64,000 nucleotides of DNA from Desulfobacterales bacterium (GCA_963668645.2 CAXXWC010000018.1:224001-288000), one strand, 5' to 3'. Positions 31,411 to 42,022 are shown, counted from the stretch's first letter. A program made the numbers and translations. The notes: generated by a model not told the origin, from the sequence alone.

Positions 31411-31585
31411 GCTTGCCCGGGTGCGCGCATTGCGCTTAAAAGGGAACCCCGTTGGAATCGGGGACGGGCCCGCCGCTGTGATCGGGGACGAAAGCTGCAC
31501 TGAAGCCACTGCACTGCCATTGAGCGGAGCGGGAAGGCGCGGCCGGTAGAAGGATCCGAGAGTCAGAAGACCTGCCGGGGCAAGT
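31411..31585 (+). ncRNA. Cobalamin riboswitch 1
   Basis: AAAAGGGAA...CCCGCCGCTGTG...AGCCACTG...GGGAAGG...AGTCAGAAGACCTGCC (B12 box). Confidence 0.93.
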
Positions 31586-31639
31586 GGTGGCTGGGCGTGG
31601 AATCCGTTTAGCCGCCGGATCGCGTGGATCAAACAGGGC

Positions 31640-31674
31640 ATCCCGGATCGAAGCTTTTCGATCCGGGATTTTTT
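31640..31674 (+). terminator. Intrinsic terminator, expression platform of riboswitch 1
   Basis: ATCCCGGATCGAA-GCTT-TTCGATCCGGGAT followed by a T run. Confidence 0.85.
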
Positions 31675-31699
31675 GTTCTTTGCCAACCTGTCGATTTTA

Positions 31700-31872
31700 G
31701 TGTTCGGGTGCTCGCTTGCGAGCTTGAAAGGGAACCTCGTATGAATCGGGGACGGGCCCGCCGCTGTGATCGGGGACGAAAGCTGCATTGAAGCCACTGC
31801 GCCGCGCGAGACGCGGCGTGGGAAGGCGCAGCCGGTAGAGCGATCCGAGAGTCAGAAGACCTGCCCGAACGC
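31700..31872 (+). ncRNA. Cobalamin riboswitch 2
   Basis: Second near-identical aptamer with the same conserved boxes. Confidence 0.93.
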
Positions 31873-32014
31873 ACTGATGCGTGCTGCCGAGGCAGGGGTG
31901 CGCGTTTTTGATCTGCGGATGAAAAGGGGACGTCCCGGATCGCGACCGGTGGCCGCGGCTTCGGGGTACGACCCGGACCGCTGCCGCCCTCATGCTCAAC
32001 TTGAGGAGGAAGAG

Positions 32015-33982
32015 ATGAGAAAAAGGCACGGTTTGGGAATTCTGGTCGTTTTGACAATGGTGATGCTGGCGCCGGCGCCGGCGGTTCTGGCCGCCGGGGA
32101 CGAGCCGGTTCAGATCGAGGACGTGGTGGTCACCGCAACCCGCACCGAAACCAACCTGGACAAGGTCGGCGGCAGCAGCGTGACGGTGATCACGGCCGAA
32201 GAGATCCGCGCCAAGGGCTACCTGACGGTGGAAGAAGTGCTCAAAGGGACGCCGGGTATCGACGTTACGGCTTACGGCGGGCCGGGTACGGCGACTTCGG
32301 TTTCCATTCGCGGGGCCGACGCCAAGAACACCCTGGTGCTGCTTGACGGGATCATGCTCAACGATCCTTCGGGCACGGCCCGCGAGGCCGACTTGGCGAA
32401 CCTGACCACGGATAACATCGAACGCATCGAGATCGTACGCGGTCCTCAGAGCGTGCTTTACGGCAGCAACGCCACTGCCGGGGTAATCAACCTGATTACC
32501 CGCAAGGGCCGGGGTAAACCGCAGGTTTACGCCGGCAGCGAGGCTGGATCCTACAACACCTGGAAGGCCTACGGCGGTGCATCCGGCCAGATCGGCGAAT
32601 TGTTCAACTTTTCGCTGGGCGCCTCACGGACCGAGACCGGCGGTTTTTCGATCGCCAATGTCGACAACGATCGCATCCCGCAAGGCGACGCCACCGACGA
32701 GGACGACGGGTGGCGCAACACGACCTTTTCCGGCCGCTTGGGCATGGACATCAAGGATCGTTTCACTTTCGGCGTGACACTGCGCCACGTGGATTCCCGG
32801 GCCGACCTGGATGATTTTGACTATGGCGGGTATGCCACGGACAACCAGTACGGTCCCGGTCTGCCTGAGGATGCCTACCAGGACAGCGAACAGACCTTTT
32901 TCAGGGCCGACGCCAAGGCCAGATTTCTCGAGGGGCTGATTTCGACTTCCGTCTATTACAGCCAGGCTGTTCAGGATCGGGAAATCTATGACAACGACAA
33001 GGCGTTGACCAGCGACTACGATGCGGACACCGATGAAGTCGGGGGCCAGGTCGATTTGAACTTCGAAAACGATGTCGTTTCCATGGGGGCCGTCTTCCTG
33101 AGCGAGGCCTTCGACACGGGTACGACGAGCGAAAAATCAGCCGACACCCAGAGTTTTTGGATCCAGAACCAGTTTTTCTGGCAGGATTGGTTCGACATCG
33201 TCGCCGGCCTGCGGATCGACGATCACGAGCAGTTCGGCAACGAGACTACTTACCGCATCGCTCCGGCCTTCACGCTGCCGGTCACGGCCACCGTGTTGAA
33301 AGGGGCCTGCGCCACCGGCTTCCGATCCCCTTCCCTCTATCAGCTCTACGCCGACGCCGTCCCGGCTTGGTGGTTCGCCGGAGGCAACCCCGACCTGCAA
33401 CCGGAGACCAGCAGGGGATGGGAGTTGGGGCTGGAACAGCCGCTCCTGGAAGGGCGCCTGAAGCTGGGTACCACCTATTTCGAGTTGCGCTTCGAGGATC
33501 GCATCGAATACGTCACCGATCCGGTCACCTGGCAGGGAACCTATGCCAACCTGACCGGCACTTCCAAGAGCAAGGGGGTCGAATCCTTCATCGCCTGGCA
33601 GGCCTTGGACTGGCTGGACCTGCGCCTGGATCACACTTACACCCATACGGTGGATCCGGACGGCGAGCGCCTGGCCAAGCACCCTTTGAACAAGGTGCGG
33701 TTTGCGGTCAATTGCCGGCCCACCGATGCCCTGAAACTCAATATGGACGTTCAGTGGGTGGATGAGCGCGATGCGTCCAGTTACGACTACGACAAGTACG
33801 GCAACCTGGTGAAAACCATGGACGCCTATACCCTGGTCAACCTCTCGGTCCGCTACCGGGCCGCCAAATATCTGGAGATCTACGGCCGGCTGGAAAACCT
33901 GCTGGACGAGTTCTACGAAGAATCCTGGAGTTACGCCACCCCTGGCTTTTCGGCCTATGGTGGTTTCAGGGTAAACTTTTAA
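32015..33982 (+). CDS. btuB: TonB-dependent corrinoid receptor
   Basis: VVVTATR TonB box, IERIEIVRGPQSVLYG plug motif, C-terminal F, B12 riboswitches upstream; GAGGAGG RBS. Confidence 0.9.
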   Translation: MRKRHGLGILVVLTMVMLAPAPAVLAAGDEPVQIEDVVVTATRTETNLDKVGGSSVTVITAEEIRAKGYLTVEEVLKGTPGIDVTAYGGPGTATSVSIRGADAKNTLVLLDGIMLNDPSGTAREADLANLTTDNIERIEIVRGPQSVLYGSNATAGVINLITRKGRGKPQVYAGSEAGSYNTWKAYGGASGQIGELFNFSLGASRTETGGFSIANVDNDRIPQGDATDEDDGWRNTTFSGRLGMDIKDRFTFGVTLRHVDSRADLDDFDYGGYATDNQYGPGLPEDAYQDSEQTFFRADAKARFLEGLISTSVYYSQAVQDREIYDNDKALTSDYDADTDEVGGQVDLNFENDVVSMGAVFLSEAFDTGTTSEKSADTQSFWIQNQFFWQDWFDIVAGLRIDDHEQFGNETTYRIAPAFTLPVTATVLKGACATGFRSPSLYQLYADAVPAWWFAGGNPDLQPETSRGWELGLEQPLLEGRLKLGTTYFELRFEDRIEYVTDPVTWQGTYANLTGTSKSKGVESFIAWQALDWLDLRLDHTYTHTVDPDGERLAKHPLNKVRFAVNCRPTDALKLNMDVQWVDERDASSYDYDKYGNLVKTMDAYTLVNLSVRYRAAKYLEIYGRLENLLDEFYEESWSYATPGFSAYGGFRVNF

Positions 33983-34048
33983 GCCAAAACGGCCGGGCCG
34001 CTGGGCGGTTCCGGCCGATACCGTGTCTTGGGAAAAGGATCGGGAAAA

Positions 34049-36088
34049 ATGGCGGCCGGTATCTTGTCATCACCTGTAAAGCTGGCGTTTGCCGCGTGCA
34101 TCGGTCTTTTGCTGACCCTCGGGCAGGCCGGGGCCGCACCGCTGACCTTTGTCGACGATGCCGGAAGACAGATCCGGCTTGAGGCCCCGCCCCGGCGGGT
34201 GGTGAGCCTGGTGCCGTCGGTGACCGAGATCCTGTTCGCCATCGGGGCCGGAGACGCCGTGCGTGCGGTGACCTATCACGACCACTGGCCGCCCGAGGCT
34301 GCCACGCGGCCGGTGGTGGGCGGTTTCGCCGCCCCCGATCCGATGCGGGTGATGGAGGCGGCCCCGCAGGCAGTCTTTGTCTCTTCCATGCATCAAGACC
34401 TTGCCGCCCTGCTTTCCAGCGGCCATATCCAGCCGATCCGCATTGAAATCGAATCGATTGAAGACAGCTTTGCTGCCATACGGCGCCTGGGGCAGATCTT
34501 CGATCGGGGCACGGCAGCCGAGGCCCTGGTGGCCCGGATCCGCACTGATCTGGATCTCGTGGCCGCCAAGGTGGCCAAGATCCCGGCTGCGAAACGGTTG
34601 CGGGTGATGCGCCTCATGGGCCGCGACCGGGTGATGGCCCCCGGCGACGATTCCTTCCAGAACCAGATGATCCGGGTCGCCGGAGGGATCGCACCGCAGT
34701 GGGGCCAAACAGGCGACGTGGTGGAAGTGACCATGGAGCAATGGCAGCGCTTCAACCCCCAGGTGGTTTACGGTTGCGGCGGGGACCGCCAGGCCGCGGC
34801 CCGGCTCTTCGATCGGCCGGGATGGCGGGATGTGGAGGCGGTCAAAAACGGGCGCCTCCTTTTTTTCCCCTGCGAACTGACCTGCCGCTGCGCCACCCAC
34901 AGCGCCGATTTCGTCGCCCAGCTGGCATCGCGTCTTTATAGCGAGGCGTTTGCCCGGCAGGAAGATCAGATCCACCCGGACGCCGTTTTCAACGCGCGCC
35001 CCCTGGCCCTGGATCTGCCTTATGTGGCACGCAGCCGCATCGTCGAAAGCCGTATCCACGACTTTGTCAACAAGACCCTGGCCGTCGATTTCAGCCAGCC
35101 GATGCAGGTGGTCTCGTCGCTGGAAGGCCAGCGCGGAAACATCCTCACCGTGGGCAACCATTATGCACCGCCGGCCTGCTGGGCCATCGGCCACCAGGGG
35201 GGCCTGGAGGCGGTAAGGCGGCAGGTGTACGGGGTGCTGGGCCAGGACCCGGCGACCGCTTCCTTTCTGTTTACCGGCGCCGACATGGATCATCTGTCCG
35301 TCCAAAAGCGGATCTGCCGGCAGATGGCGGTGGTGGCCCTGGTGACGGCCGGGGTTGAATCCAACGCCCAGCGTACGGGCTGCGATGCGGGCTTCTGGTA
35401 CGAACCGGGCACGATCAACATCATCCTGCTGACCAACATGCGGCTCAGCCCCCGCGCCATGACCCGCGCCCTGATAACGGCCACCGAAGCCAAGACGGCC
35501 GCTTTGCAGGACCTGGATATCCGCAGCAGTGTGGCGCCCTATCGCGGCGCCACCGGCACCGGGACCGACAACATCATCGTGGTCCAAGGAACCGGGGTGA
35601 ACATCGACAACGCCGGCGGCCACAGCAAGATGGGCGAACTGATCGCCGCAGCGGTTCATGCCGGCGTAAAAGAGGCGGTCTTCAAACAGAACGGCCTCGC
35701 GGCCGATCGATCCGTTTTTCGCCGCATCGAGGAGCGCGGCCCGGGAATATGGGAACGGATCTTTCAGGCTCCCTGCAACTGCGCGGCCTACCGGCACGAT
35801 CTGTACGCTGAAATCGAGCGGCTCCTCTTGCAGGATCGCTATGCCGGTTTTCTGGAGGCTGCCATGGCCCTGGACGATGCCCGGGCCTGCGGCAGAAAAG
35901 TGGATTTATCCCTCTTTGCCCGATGGTGCCAGCAGGTGTCGGCCGAGATCGGCGCTGTGCCGCTGCCCGAAGTTGATGAAAAGGCCGGCAGCGATAAGAA
36001 CGCCTCGGCCCTGGACCTGGCGCTGGATGCCCTGCGAACCGGGGTGGCGCAAAAGATGCCGGCACCGGTGGAGGTCGAGGCCCCGTGA
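34049..36088 (+). CDS. cbiZ: Fusion of a BtuF-like periplasmic binding domain and adenosylcobinamide amidohydrolase CbiZ
   Basis: N-terminal RRVVSLVPSVTEILFAIG; C-terminal LVTAGVESNA, GTINIILL, TATEAKTAAL, ATGTGTD. Confidence 0.82.
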   Translation: MAAGILSSPVKLAFAACIGLLLTLGQAGAAPLTFVDDAGRQIRLEAPPRRVVSLVPSVTEILFAIGAGDAVRAVTYHDHWPPEAATRPVVGGFAAPDPMRVMEAAPQAVFVSSMHQDLAALLSSGHIQPIRIEIESIEDSFAAIRRLGQIFDRGTAAEALVARIRTDLDLVAAKVAKIPAAKRLRVMRLMGRDRVMAPGDDSFQNQMIRVAGGIAPQWGQTGDVVEVTMEQWQRFNPQVVYGCGGDRQAAARLFDRPGWRDVEAVKNGRLLFFPCELTCRCATHSADFVAQLASRLYSEAFARQEDQIHPDAVFNARPLALDLPYVARSRIVESRIHDFVNKTLAVDFSQPMQVVSSLEGQRGNILTVGNHYAPPACWAIGHQGGLEAVRRQVYGVLGQDPATASFLFTGADMDHLSVQKRICRQMAVVALVTAGVESNAQRTGCDAGFWYEPGTINIILLTNMRLSPRAMTRALITATEAKTAALQDLDIRSSVAPYRGATGTGTDNIIVVQGTGVNIDNAGGHSKMGELIAAAVHAGVKEAVFKQNGLAADRSVFRRIEERGPGIWERIFQAPCNCAAYRHDLYAEIERLLLQDRYAGFLEAAMALDDARACGRKVDLSLFARWCQQVSAEIGAVPLPEVDEKAGSDKNASALDLALDALRTGVAQKMPAPVEVEAP

Positions 36089-37005
36089 AGCACTGGTTTT
36101 TTGCTCATAAGTGGCTGGGAGGCGCCGTTTTGCTGGTGCTTTTTCTATCGAGCGCAGCGGCGGGCGCAGCCGGCGACCGCGTCGTCACCGATCTGGCCGG
36201 ACGGACGATGCGGGTTCCGCAAGACCCGCAACGGGTGGTGGCCCTGGCGCCGAGCCTGACCGAGATCGTTTTTGCCCTGGGCCGCCAGGACCGGCTGGTG
36301 GGGGTGACCCGGTTTTCGGACTTTCCGCAAGCGGCCCGGCTGCTGCCCAAGGTCGGCTCCTATGTCAAACTCGACCTGGAACGCATCGTGGCCCTGCGGC
36401 CCGATCTGTGCCTGGCGGTGCGCGACGGGAATCCCAAGGCGGTGGTGGATCACCTGGAGACGATGGGAATCCCGGTCTATGCCGCCGATCCGCGTGATCT
36501 GGGCTCGGTGATGGAGACCATCACGGCCCTGGGCGATCTGCTCGGGGTGCCGGATGCGGCCGAGCGCATCAACGCCGATACGCGCCGCCGGATCCGGGCC
36601 GTGGAGGATCGGGTGGCCCAGGCAGGCCCCCGGCCAGGGGTCTTTTTCCAGATCGGCCTGGCGCCCATCGTCTCGGCGGGCAGCGGGACTTTTATCAACG
36701 AACTGATCGTGCGTGCCGGTGGGATCAACCTGGCGGCCGGGCCGGTACCTTATCCGCGCTTTAGCCGGGAACAGGTCATCGGACTGGCCCCGGAGGTGAT
36801 CATCATCACTTCCATGGCCAGGCAGGGCCTCTTTGAACAGGTGCGCGACGAATGGCGCCGCTGGCCCCAAATGCCGGCGGCGGCCAAGGACCGGATCTAC
36901 ATCAGCGAGTCGAACCTGCTCGACCGGCCCAGCCCGCGGCTGGTGGACGGCCTGGAATACCTGGCAAGGCTGATTCACCCGGCGCTTTTCCAGGAGCGGC
37001 CGTGA
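36085..37005 (+). CDS. btuF: Cobalamin ABC transporter substrate-binding protein
   Basis: RVVALAPSLTEIVFALG, DRPSPRLVDGLE. Confidence 0.88.
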   Translation: MKHWFFAHKWLGGAVLLVLFLSSAAAGAAGDRVVTDLAGRTMRVPQDPQRVVALAPSLTEIVFALGRQDRLVGVTRFSDFPQAARLLPKVGSYVKLDLERIVALRPDLCLAVRDGNPKAVVDHLETMGIPVYAADPRDLGSVMETITALGDLLGVPDAAERINADTRRRIRAVEDRVAQAGPRPGVFFQIGLAPIVSAGSGTFINELIVRAGGINLAAGPVPYPRFSREQVIGLAPEVIIITSMARQGLFEQVRDEWRRWPQMPAAAKDRIYISESNLLDRPSPRLVDGLEYLARLIHPALFQERP

Positions 37006-38012
37006 GCGGGAAGCCCATCATCGGTGCGGCCCGGATTCTGGCTGTCAGTGCTGTTCTGGCGGTGCTGCTGGCCCTGGCCATCCTGGCGGCGGTCTCTTTC
37101 GGCTCTTCCGAACTGACACCGGCTGCGGCCCTGCGGGGCCTGCTTCGCGGACTTGGCGGCGACGACCTGGCCGCGGCCATCGTCTGGCGCATCCGGCTGC
37201 CGCGAGCCGTCCTGGCAGCCCTGACCGGAGCGGTCCTTTCCCTGGGCGGGCTGGTCTTTCAGGCGCTGCTGCGCAATCCGCTGGCCGAACCATATATTCT
37301 CGGCATCTCGGGCGGCTCGGCGATCGGTGCCATCGTAGGGATTCTCCTGGGCCTGGCGGCCTTTCCAGGGGTAAGCCTGCTGGCCTTTGCCGGCGCCATG
37401 ATCACCCTGGGGCTTATCCTGGCCATGGCCTCGGGCAGGACCCTGCTGCAGCGCGACGCCCTGCTGCTTTCCGGGGTGATGGTCAACGCTTTTTGCTCGG
37501 CGGGGATCATGTTCTTGTTGACCTTGAGCCAGGATGGCCGGCTGCACAACATCCTCTTCTGGCTCATGGGCGACTTGACGTCCACCACCTTCGGTCAGGT
37601 GGGGTTGCTGGCGGCCGCGGTCCTGCCGTGCTTTGCCGTTGTTTTTTTGCTGGCCCACCCGATGAATCTGATGCTTCTGGGCAGGGAGTTGGCCGCTTCC
37701 AGCGGGGTGCCGGTGCGGGCCGTGACCATCGGATTGCTGGTGGTTACCTCTTTGATGGTCAGCGTGACGGTGAGCTTCTGCGGGCTGGTGGGATTCGTGG
37801 GCCTGGTGGTGCCCCACCTGCTGCGGATGCGCTGGGGCAGCGACCATCGGCTTCTCGTACCGGCCTGTATCTTCGGCGGCGGGGCCTTCATGGTGGTCTG
37901 TGATCTGTTGTCGCGGGTGCTGCCCCGGCATGGAGAGATGCCCGCCGGAGTGATCACGGCCATGATCGGCGCGCCGCTGTTCATCTATCTGCTCAAGCGG
38001 ACACGGCAGTGA
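37002..38012 (+). CDS. btuC: Cobalamin ABC transporter permease
   Basis: RLPR, LLRNPLAEPYILG, GFVGLVVPH; GTG start overlaps the btuF stop. Confidence 0.88.
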   Translation: MSGKPIIGAARILAVSAVLAVLLALAILAAVSFGSSELTPAAALRGLLRGLGGDDLAAAIVWRIRLPRAVLAALTGAVLSLGGLVFQALLRNPLAEPYILGISGGSAIGAIVGILLGLAAFPGVSLLAFAGAMITLGLILAMASGRTLLQRDALLLSGVMVNAFCSAGIMFLLTLSQDGRLHNILFWLMGDLTSTTFGQVGLLAAAVLPCFAVVFLLAHPMNLMLLGRELAASSGVPVRAVTIGLLVVTSLMVSVTVSFCGLVGFVGLVVPHLLRMRWGSDHRLLVPACIFGGGAFMVVCDLLSRVLPRHGEMPAGVITAMIGAPLFIYLLKRTRQ

Positions 38013-38089
38013 AAGGGCCATTCATAGATGATCCGTCCAGGGAAAACTTTTTGCAGGACGGCGATGGGCAGGCTTGCGGCGGTAAAGCG

Positions 38090-38869
38090 ATGAGCACGGT
38101 GGTGGCCGTTCACGGGGTGCGCTTTGCCTACAACGCCCGTTCGGTGATCGAGGATCTGTCGCTGGAGGTGAACGCCGGCGATTTTTTCATCGTCATCGGC
38201 CCCAACGGCTCGGGAAAGACCACCCTGCTGCGCCTCGTACTCGGGAGTCTGAAGCCGGCCGGCGGAACGGTGGACATTTTCGACCGGCCGGCAGCGCGCA
38301 TCGGGCGCCGGGACCTGGCGCGGCGGGTGGCCCTGGTGCCTCAGGCGGCTGCGGTGGCCTTCCCCTTCTCGGTGCGCCAGATCGTTGCCATGGGGCGGGC
38401 ACCCCACCTCGGACTGCTCGGCTTCGAGGGCAGCACCGACCGCGAGGCGGTGGACCGGGCCCTGGCCACGGTGAGGCTCGAGGCTCTATCAGACCGGATG
38501 CTCGACCAGCTCAGCGGCGGCGAGCGCCAGCGGGTCTGGATCGCCCGGGCTCTTTGCCAGGAGCCGGATCTGCTTCTTCTCGACGAGCCCACCGCAGCCC
38601 TGGACATGGGCCACCAACTCCAGATCATGCGCCTTCTGGCCCGCCTGCGCCGCGAGCAGGGACTGACCGTGATGATGGTCTCCCACGACCTCAACCTGGC
38701 GGCCATGTTCGCCACCCGAATGCTGCTGCTGCGCAAGGGGCGGGTCGTCTGTCTCGGCGCGCCGGAAGCGGTGCTGCGCGCCGAACACATTCGCACGGCT
38801 TACGGCTGCGAGGTGCTGGTCGACCGCCACCCCCAGGGAGGGTTTCCCAGGCTGACGCTTCCGGCGTAG
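38090..38869 (+). CDS. btuD: Cobalamin ABC transporter ATPase
   Basis: GPNGSGKTT, LSGGERQR, HDLNLA; start could also be 38009. Confidence 0.88.
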   Translation: MSTVVAVHGVRFAYNARSVIEDLSLEVNAGDFFIVIGPNGSGKTTLLRLVLGSLKPAGGTVDIFDRPAARIGRRDLARRVALVPQAAAVAFPFSVRQIVAMGRAPHLGLLGFEGSTDREAVDRALATVRLEALSDRMLDQLSGGERQRVWIARALCQEPDLLLLDEPTAALDMGHQLQIMRLLARLRREQGLTVMMVSHDLNLAAMFATRMLLLRKGRVVCLGAPEAVLRAEHIRTAYGCEVLVDRHPQGGFPRLTLPA

Positions 38870-39257
38870 GAAGTGGGGTGAAAACAACTTCAAATGATTT
38901 CCCCTTTGGCAGCTCGATAGACAGGTCGTAACAAATGGGCTTTCGCTTCGTAGAGGTTGTAACAACTGCCAGTCGATGGCGCAATCCCCAAGTTGGTCAA
39001 TGCTAAAAAGTAGATTGAGTTTACGCCAGCCGGATAGCGACCATGTTTCGAAAGCGATCGCTGACTGAGTTATTGCGGTTCGGGGGTTCTGCTTGACACA
39101 AAGAAAAAGCATTTGACCTGATCTAAGGCCCTTGGTATAGCTACAAGAATTCGGAGTATCCCTACAATCTGTAAAGCGCTCAAAAATGAACGATAGCCGC
39201 ATGAAAGGGTTAGTTGTGGCATTTCGTATATAGAAACAGCCAAACGGAGGGTACATC

Positions 39258-40592
39258 ATGAAAAAAGAACCCAAAGCACCTTCCAATAGTTATCAATTTG
39301 ACAAAACCTTCGCGAGGGCTGCCGAACTGCTGAAAGGCAAGTCTAATGTTTTGGATAATATCCTGGCCTCGATGGGCGACGGCATGAGCATACAGGATCG
39401 CAATATGCGCATTGTCTATCAGAACAGGTACATGATCGATAATTTCGGGTCGCATATCGGAGAGTTTTGCTACAAGATATACGAAAAACGCGACAGTATC
39501 TGCGAAGGCTGCCCGATTGTTGAGGCTTATCTTACCGGAAAAGTGACAAAGGCATTGCGAGTGGGAGGCACCGAAGACGGAGGACAATTCCGCTTCGAAA
39601 ACATTGCCTCGGTACTGCGGAACGATCAGGGGGAAATTGTCGCAGGAATCGAATTGGTTCGAATGGTGGAGGATCGGGAGCGGGCTCTCGAGGAACTGCG
39701 AGCGGCGATGGAACAACTCGAGCAGGCGAAGGCCGTTTACGAAAGCAGTAGTGAAGGCATTATGGTAGTGGACAAAAACAATCACATTATCTCCGTCAAT
39801 CCGGCTTTCGAATCCATCACCGGTTACAGTCGTAATGACGTTTTAGGATCTGACCCGAAACTGCTCAGTTCCGGGACCCACACGAAAGAATTTTATGTCG
39901 AAATGTGGCGTTACCTGCAAGATATCGGCACCTGGCGAGGCGAGATATGGAACAAGCGTAAGAATGGCCGGATCTACCCCCAGTTTATGAGCATCGACAC
40001 CATTTACAGCGATAGCGGTGAAGTGTCTAAACGTGTCTGCATCCTTTCCGATATCACGGAAAAGAAACTGGCTGAAGAACAAATCAGGCACATGGCGCAG
40101 TACGACACACTTACCGATCTGCCCAACCGGATGCTTTACGAGGATCGATTACACCAATCCTTGGCCATGGCAAGGCGTGAAAATAGCCCCCTCGCGCTAC
40201 TCTATATCGACCTCGACCGCTTCAAGCCGGTCAACGATACTCTCGGTCATGCCATGGGTGATAAACTGCTTAAGTCGGTCGCACAGCGGATGCTTGATTG
40301 CGTACGCCAAACAGACACTGTTGCGCGTATCGGAGGCGATGAGTTCGCAGTGATCCTAACGGCTGTTTATTCCCGTGAGAAAGGACTGATGGTGGCGGAA
40401 AAGATCCGCAATAAACTTGAACTGCCTTTCGATATTGACGGTGAGCGACTCAATATTTCAGCCAGCATTGGTTGCGCCATTTTCCCGAACGATGGGCAGG
40501 ATGAGGAAGCGCTTGCTCAAAGTGCCGACCAGGCCATGTACCTGGCTAAACAAAGCGGCCGCAATAGGATCTGTTTCAAAGGAATCAAATAG
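39258..40592 (+). CDS. PAS-PAS-GGDEF diguanylate cyclase
   Basis: Two PAS domains; DLDRFKPVND; RQTD inhibitory site before RIGGDEF. Confidence 0.93.
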   Translation: MKKEPKAPSNSYQFDKTFARAAELLKGKSNVLDNILASMGDGMSIQDRNMRIVYQNRYMIDNFGSHIGEFCYKIYEKRDSICEGCPIVEAYLTGKVTKALRVGGTEDGGQFRFENIASVLRNDQGEIVAGIELVRMVEDRERALEELRAAMEQLEQAKAVYESSSEGIMVVDKNNHIISVNPAFESITGYSRNDVLGSDPKLLSSGTHTKEFYVEMWRYLQDIGTWRGEIWNKRKNGRIYPQFMSIDTIYSDSGEVSKRVCILSDITEKKLAEEQIRHMAQYDTLTDLPNRMLYEDRLHQSLAMARRENSPLALLYIDLDRFKPVNDTLGHAMGDKLLKSVAQRMLDCVRQTDTVARIGGDEFAVILTAVYSREKGLMVAEKIRNKLELPFDIDGERLNISASIGCAIFPNDGQDEEALAQSADQAMYLAKQSGRNRICFKGIK

Positions 40593-40714
40593 CAAAACTG
40601 AGTGGAATAGCTTAATAGCTGCTGTAAGCCTCCCTCTGGCTCCTCGGTATTCACTCAGGTACTTACGCGGTTATCTGCCCTGATGATCGTGGGAAAATCA
40701 CCCCCTCTCCAACT

Positions 40715-40850
40715 TGGCGGTATGCTCGTGGAGCGAGTCCACGGCTCCGTATCTGTGATCAGTAGGCAGCCCGCCGCATAACGGTGGGGTAGGCCTCTGA
40801 CCGCCGGTGTCCCAGACACAGAGCCTCCGAGTCTCGTTCTCCCACCATTT
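40715..40850 (+). other. Structured non-coding element with two stem-loops
   Basis: TGGCGG/CCGCCG, CGTGGA/TCCACG, GGTGGG/CCCACC and GGC(C)TCTG/CAGAGCC pairings. Confidence 0.4.
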
Positions 40851-41068
40851 TCGTCCTGCGACCCCGTTCCAAGGGGACATGATGCTTGCATTTCAAAAAA
40901 AGGCAGGTGTAGTGCTAAAACGCACATTACGGCGTGTAACCACGCTATTCGCTATAGGATCGTTTATCCGGATGCCTGTTATGAATAAGGGGGAGTGAGA
41001 GGAGGGAAACAGCGAAGGCGCATTGCGCTGCTAAGACACGTTCAACACAAAACGATGGAGGCGTTGGC

Positions 41069-41812
41069 ATGCAAAAACCGATGGATGAAAGGTACGGACT
41101 TTACATCAACGGAAACTGGACGGATGGCAAGGGAGGCAAAACGATAACATCGTATTGCCCCGCCAACAGAGAACCTCTTGCAGCTTTCGTTGACGCCACC
41201 AAGGAAGATGTGGACAAGGCGGTCAAGGCAGCCTGGAAGATTGCTCCGGTTCTGGCGGCAGGCTGCTGCACCGTAATCAAGTCTTCAAGCTTCACTTCCT
41301 TGAGCCTTCTGGAGTTTGCCAAGATTCTGGACGGTGTGTTGCCCGCCAGTGTGGTCAATGTGGTTACGGGCAGCGGGACGGGTGCCGGCAGCTACATGAT
41401 GGAACATCCGGATTTCCGGAAACTGGCGTTTACGGGTTCCAATGAGATCGGATACAACGTGGCCGAGGTGGCCGCCAAGAAGCTGATTCCCGCCACATTG
41501 GAATTGGGCGGGAAGTCAGCCAATATCTATTTCCCCGATTGCCCTTGGGACAAGGCGATCGAAGGATTGCAGCTCGGCATTCTTTTCAACCAGGGGCAGG
41601 TCTGTTGTGCGGGTTCCCGGGTCTTTGTCCATGAGGACATCCATGACAAGTTCGTAGCCGAGGCGGTCGAAGCTTTCAATAAAGTCAAAGTCGGACTGCC
41701 GTGGGAAAAAGATACGGTGATGGGGGAGCCCTTAACAATTATCTGGAAAGCTTGCCGGAAGGTGAGGAGGATAGAGAGAGGGGCCGATAGCCAGCCGTCC
41801 AGCCTAGCCTGA
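41069..41812 (+). pseudogene. Aldehyde dehydrogenase pseudogene with internal deletion and 3' truncation
   Basis: DVDKAVKAA is joined directly to WKIAPVLAAG. FTGS, LELGGKS and NQGQVCCAG are retained; similarity ends at about TVMG. Confidence 0.85.
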
Positions 41813-42022
41813 AGCTATTCAGGGGGTGGAAAAAGATTTGACCTGCTTCGGGCGGCATTGCTATGAGTTTAAAAGCAAAACAGGAGAATGCACTGGAATC
41901 GAAGGGAGGCTTGAGCCGAAATCCGGCCCGCGCGCCGGTCAAGCCCTCCAAGAAAGGCACTTCCCAGGGAACAACGGAAGGAGGAATTTATTGGAAAATA
42001 TTTTGAAAGGAGAGCAGACAGA

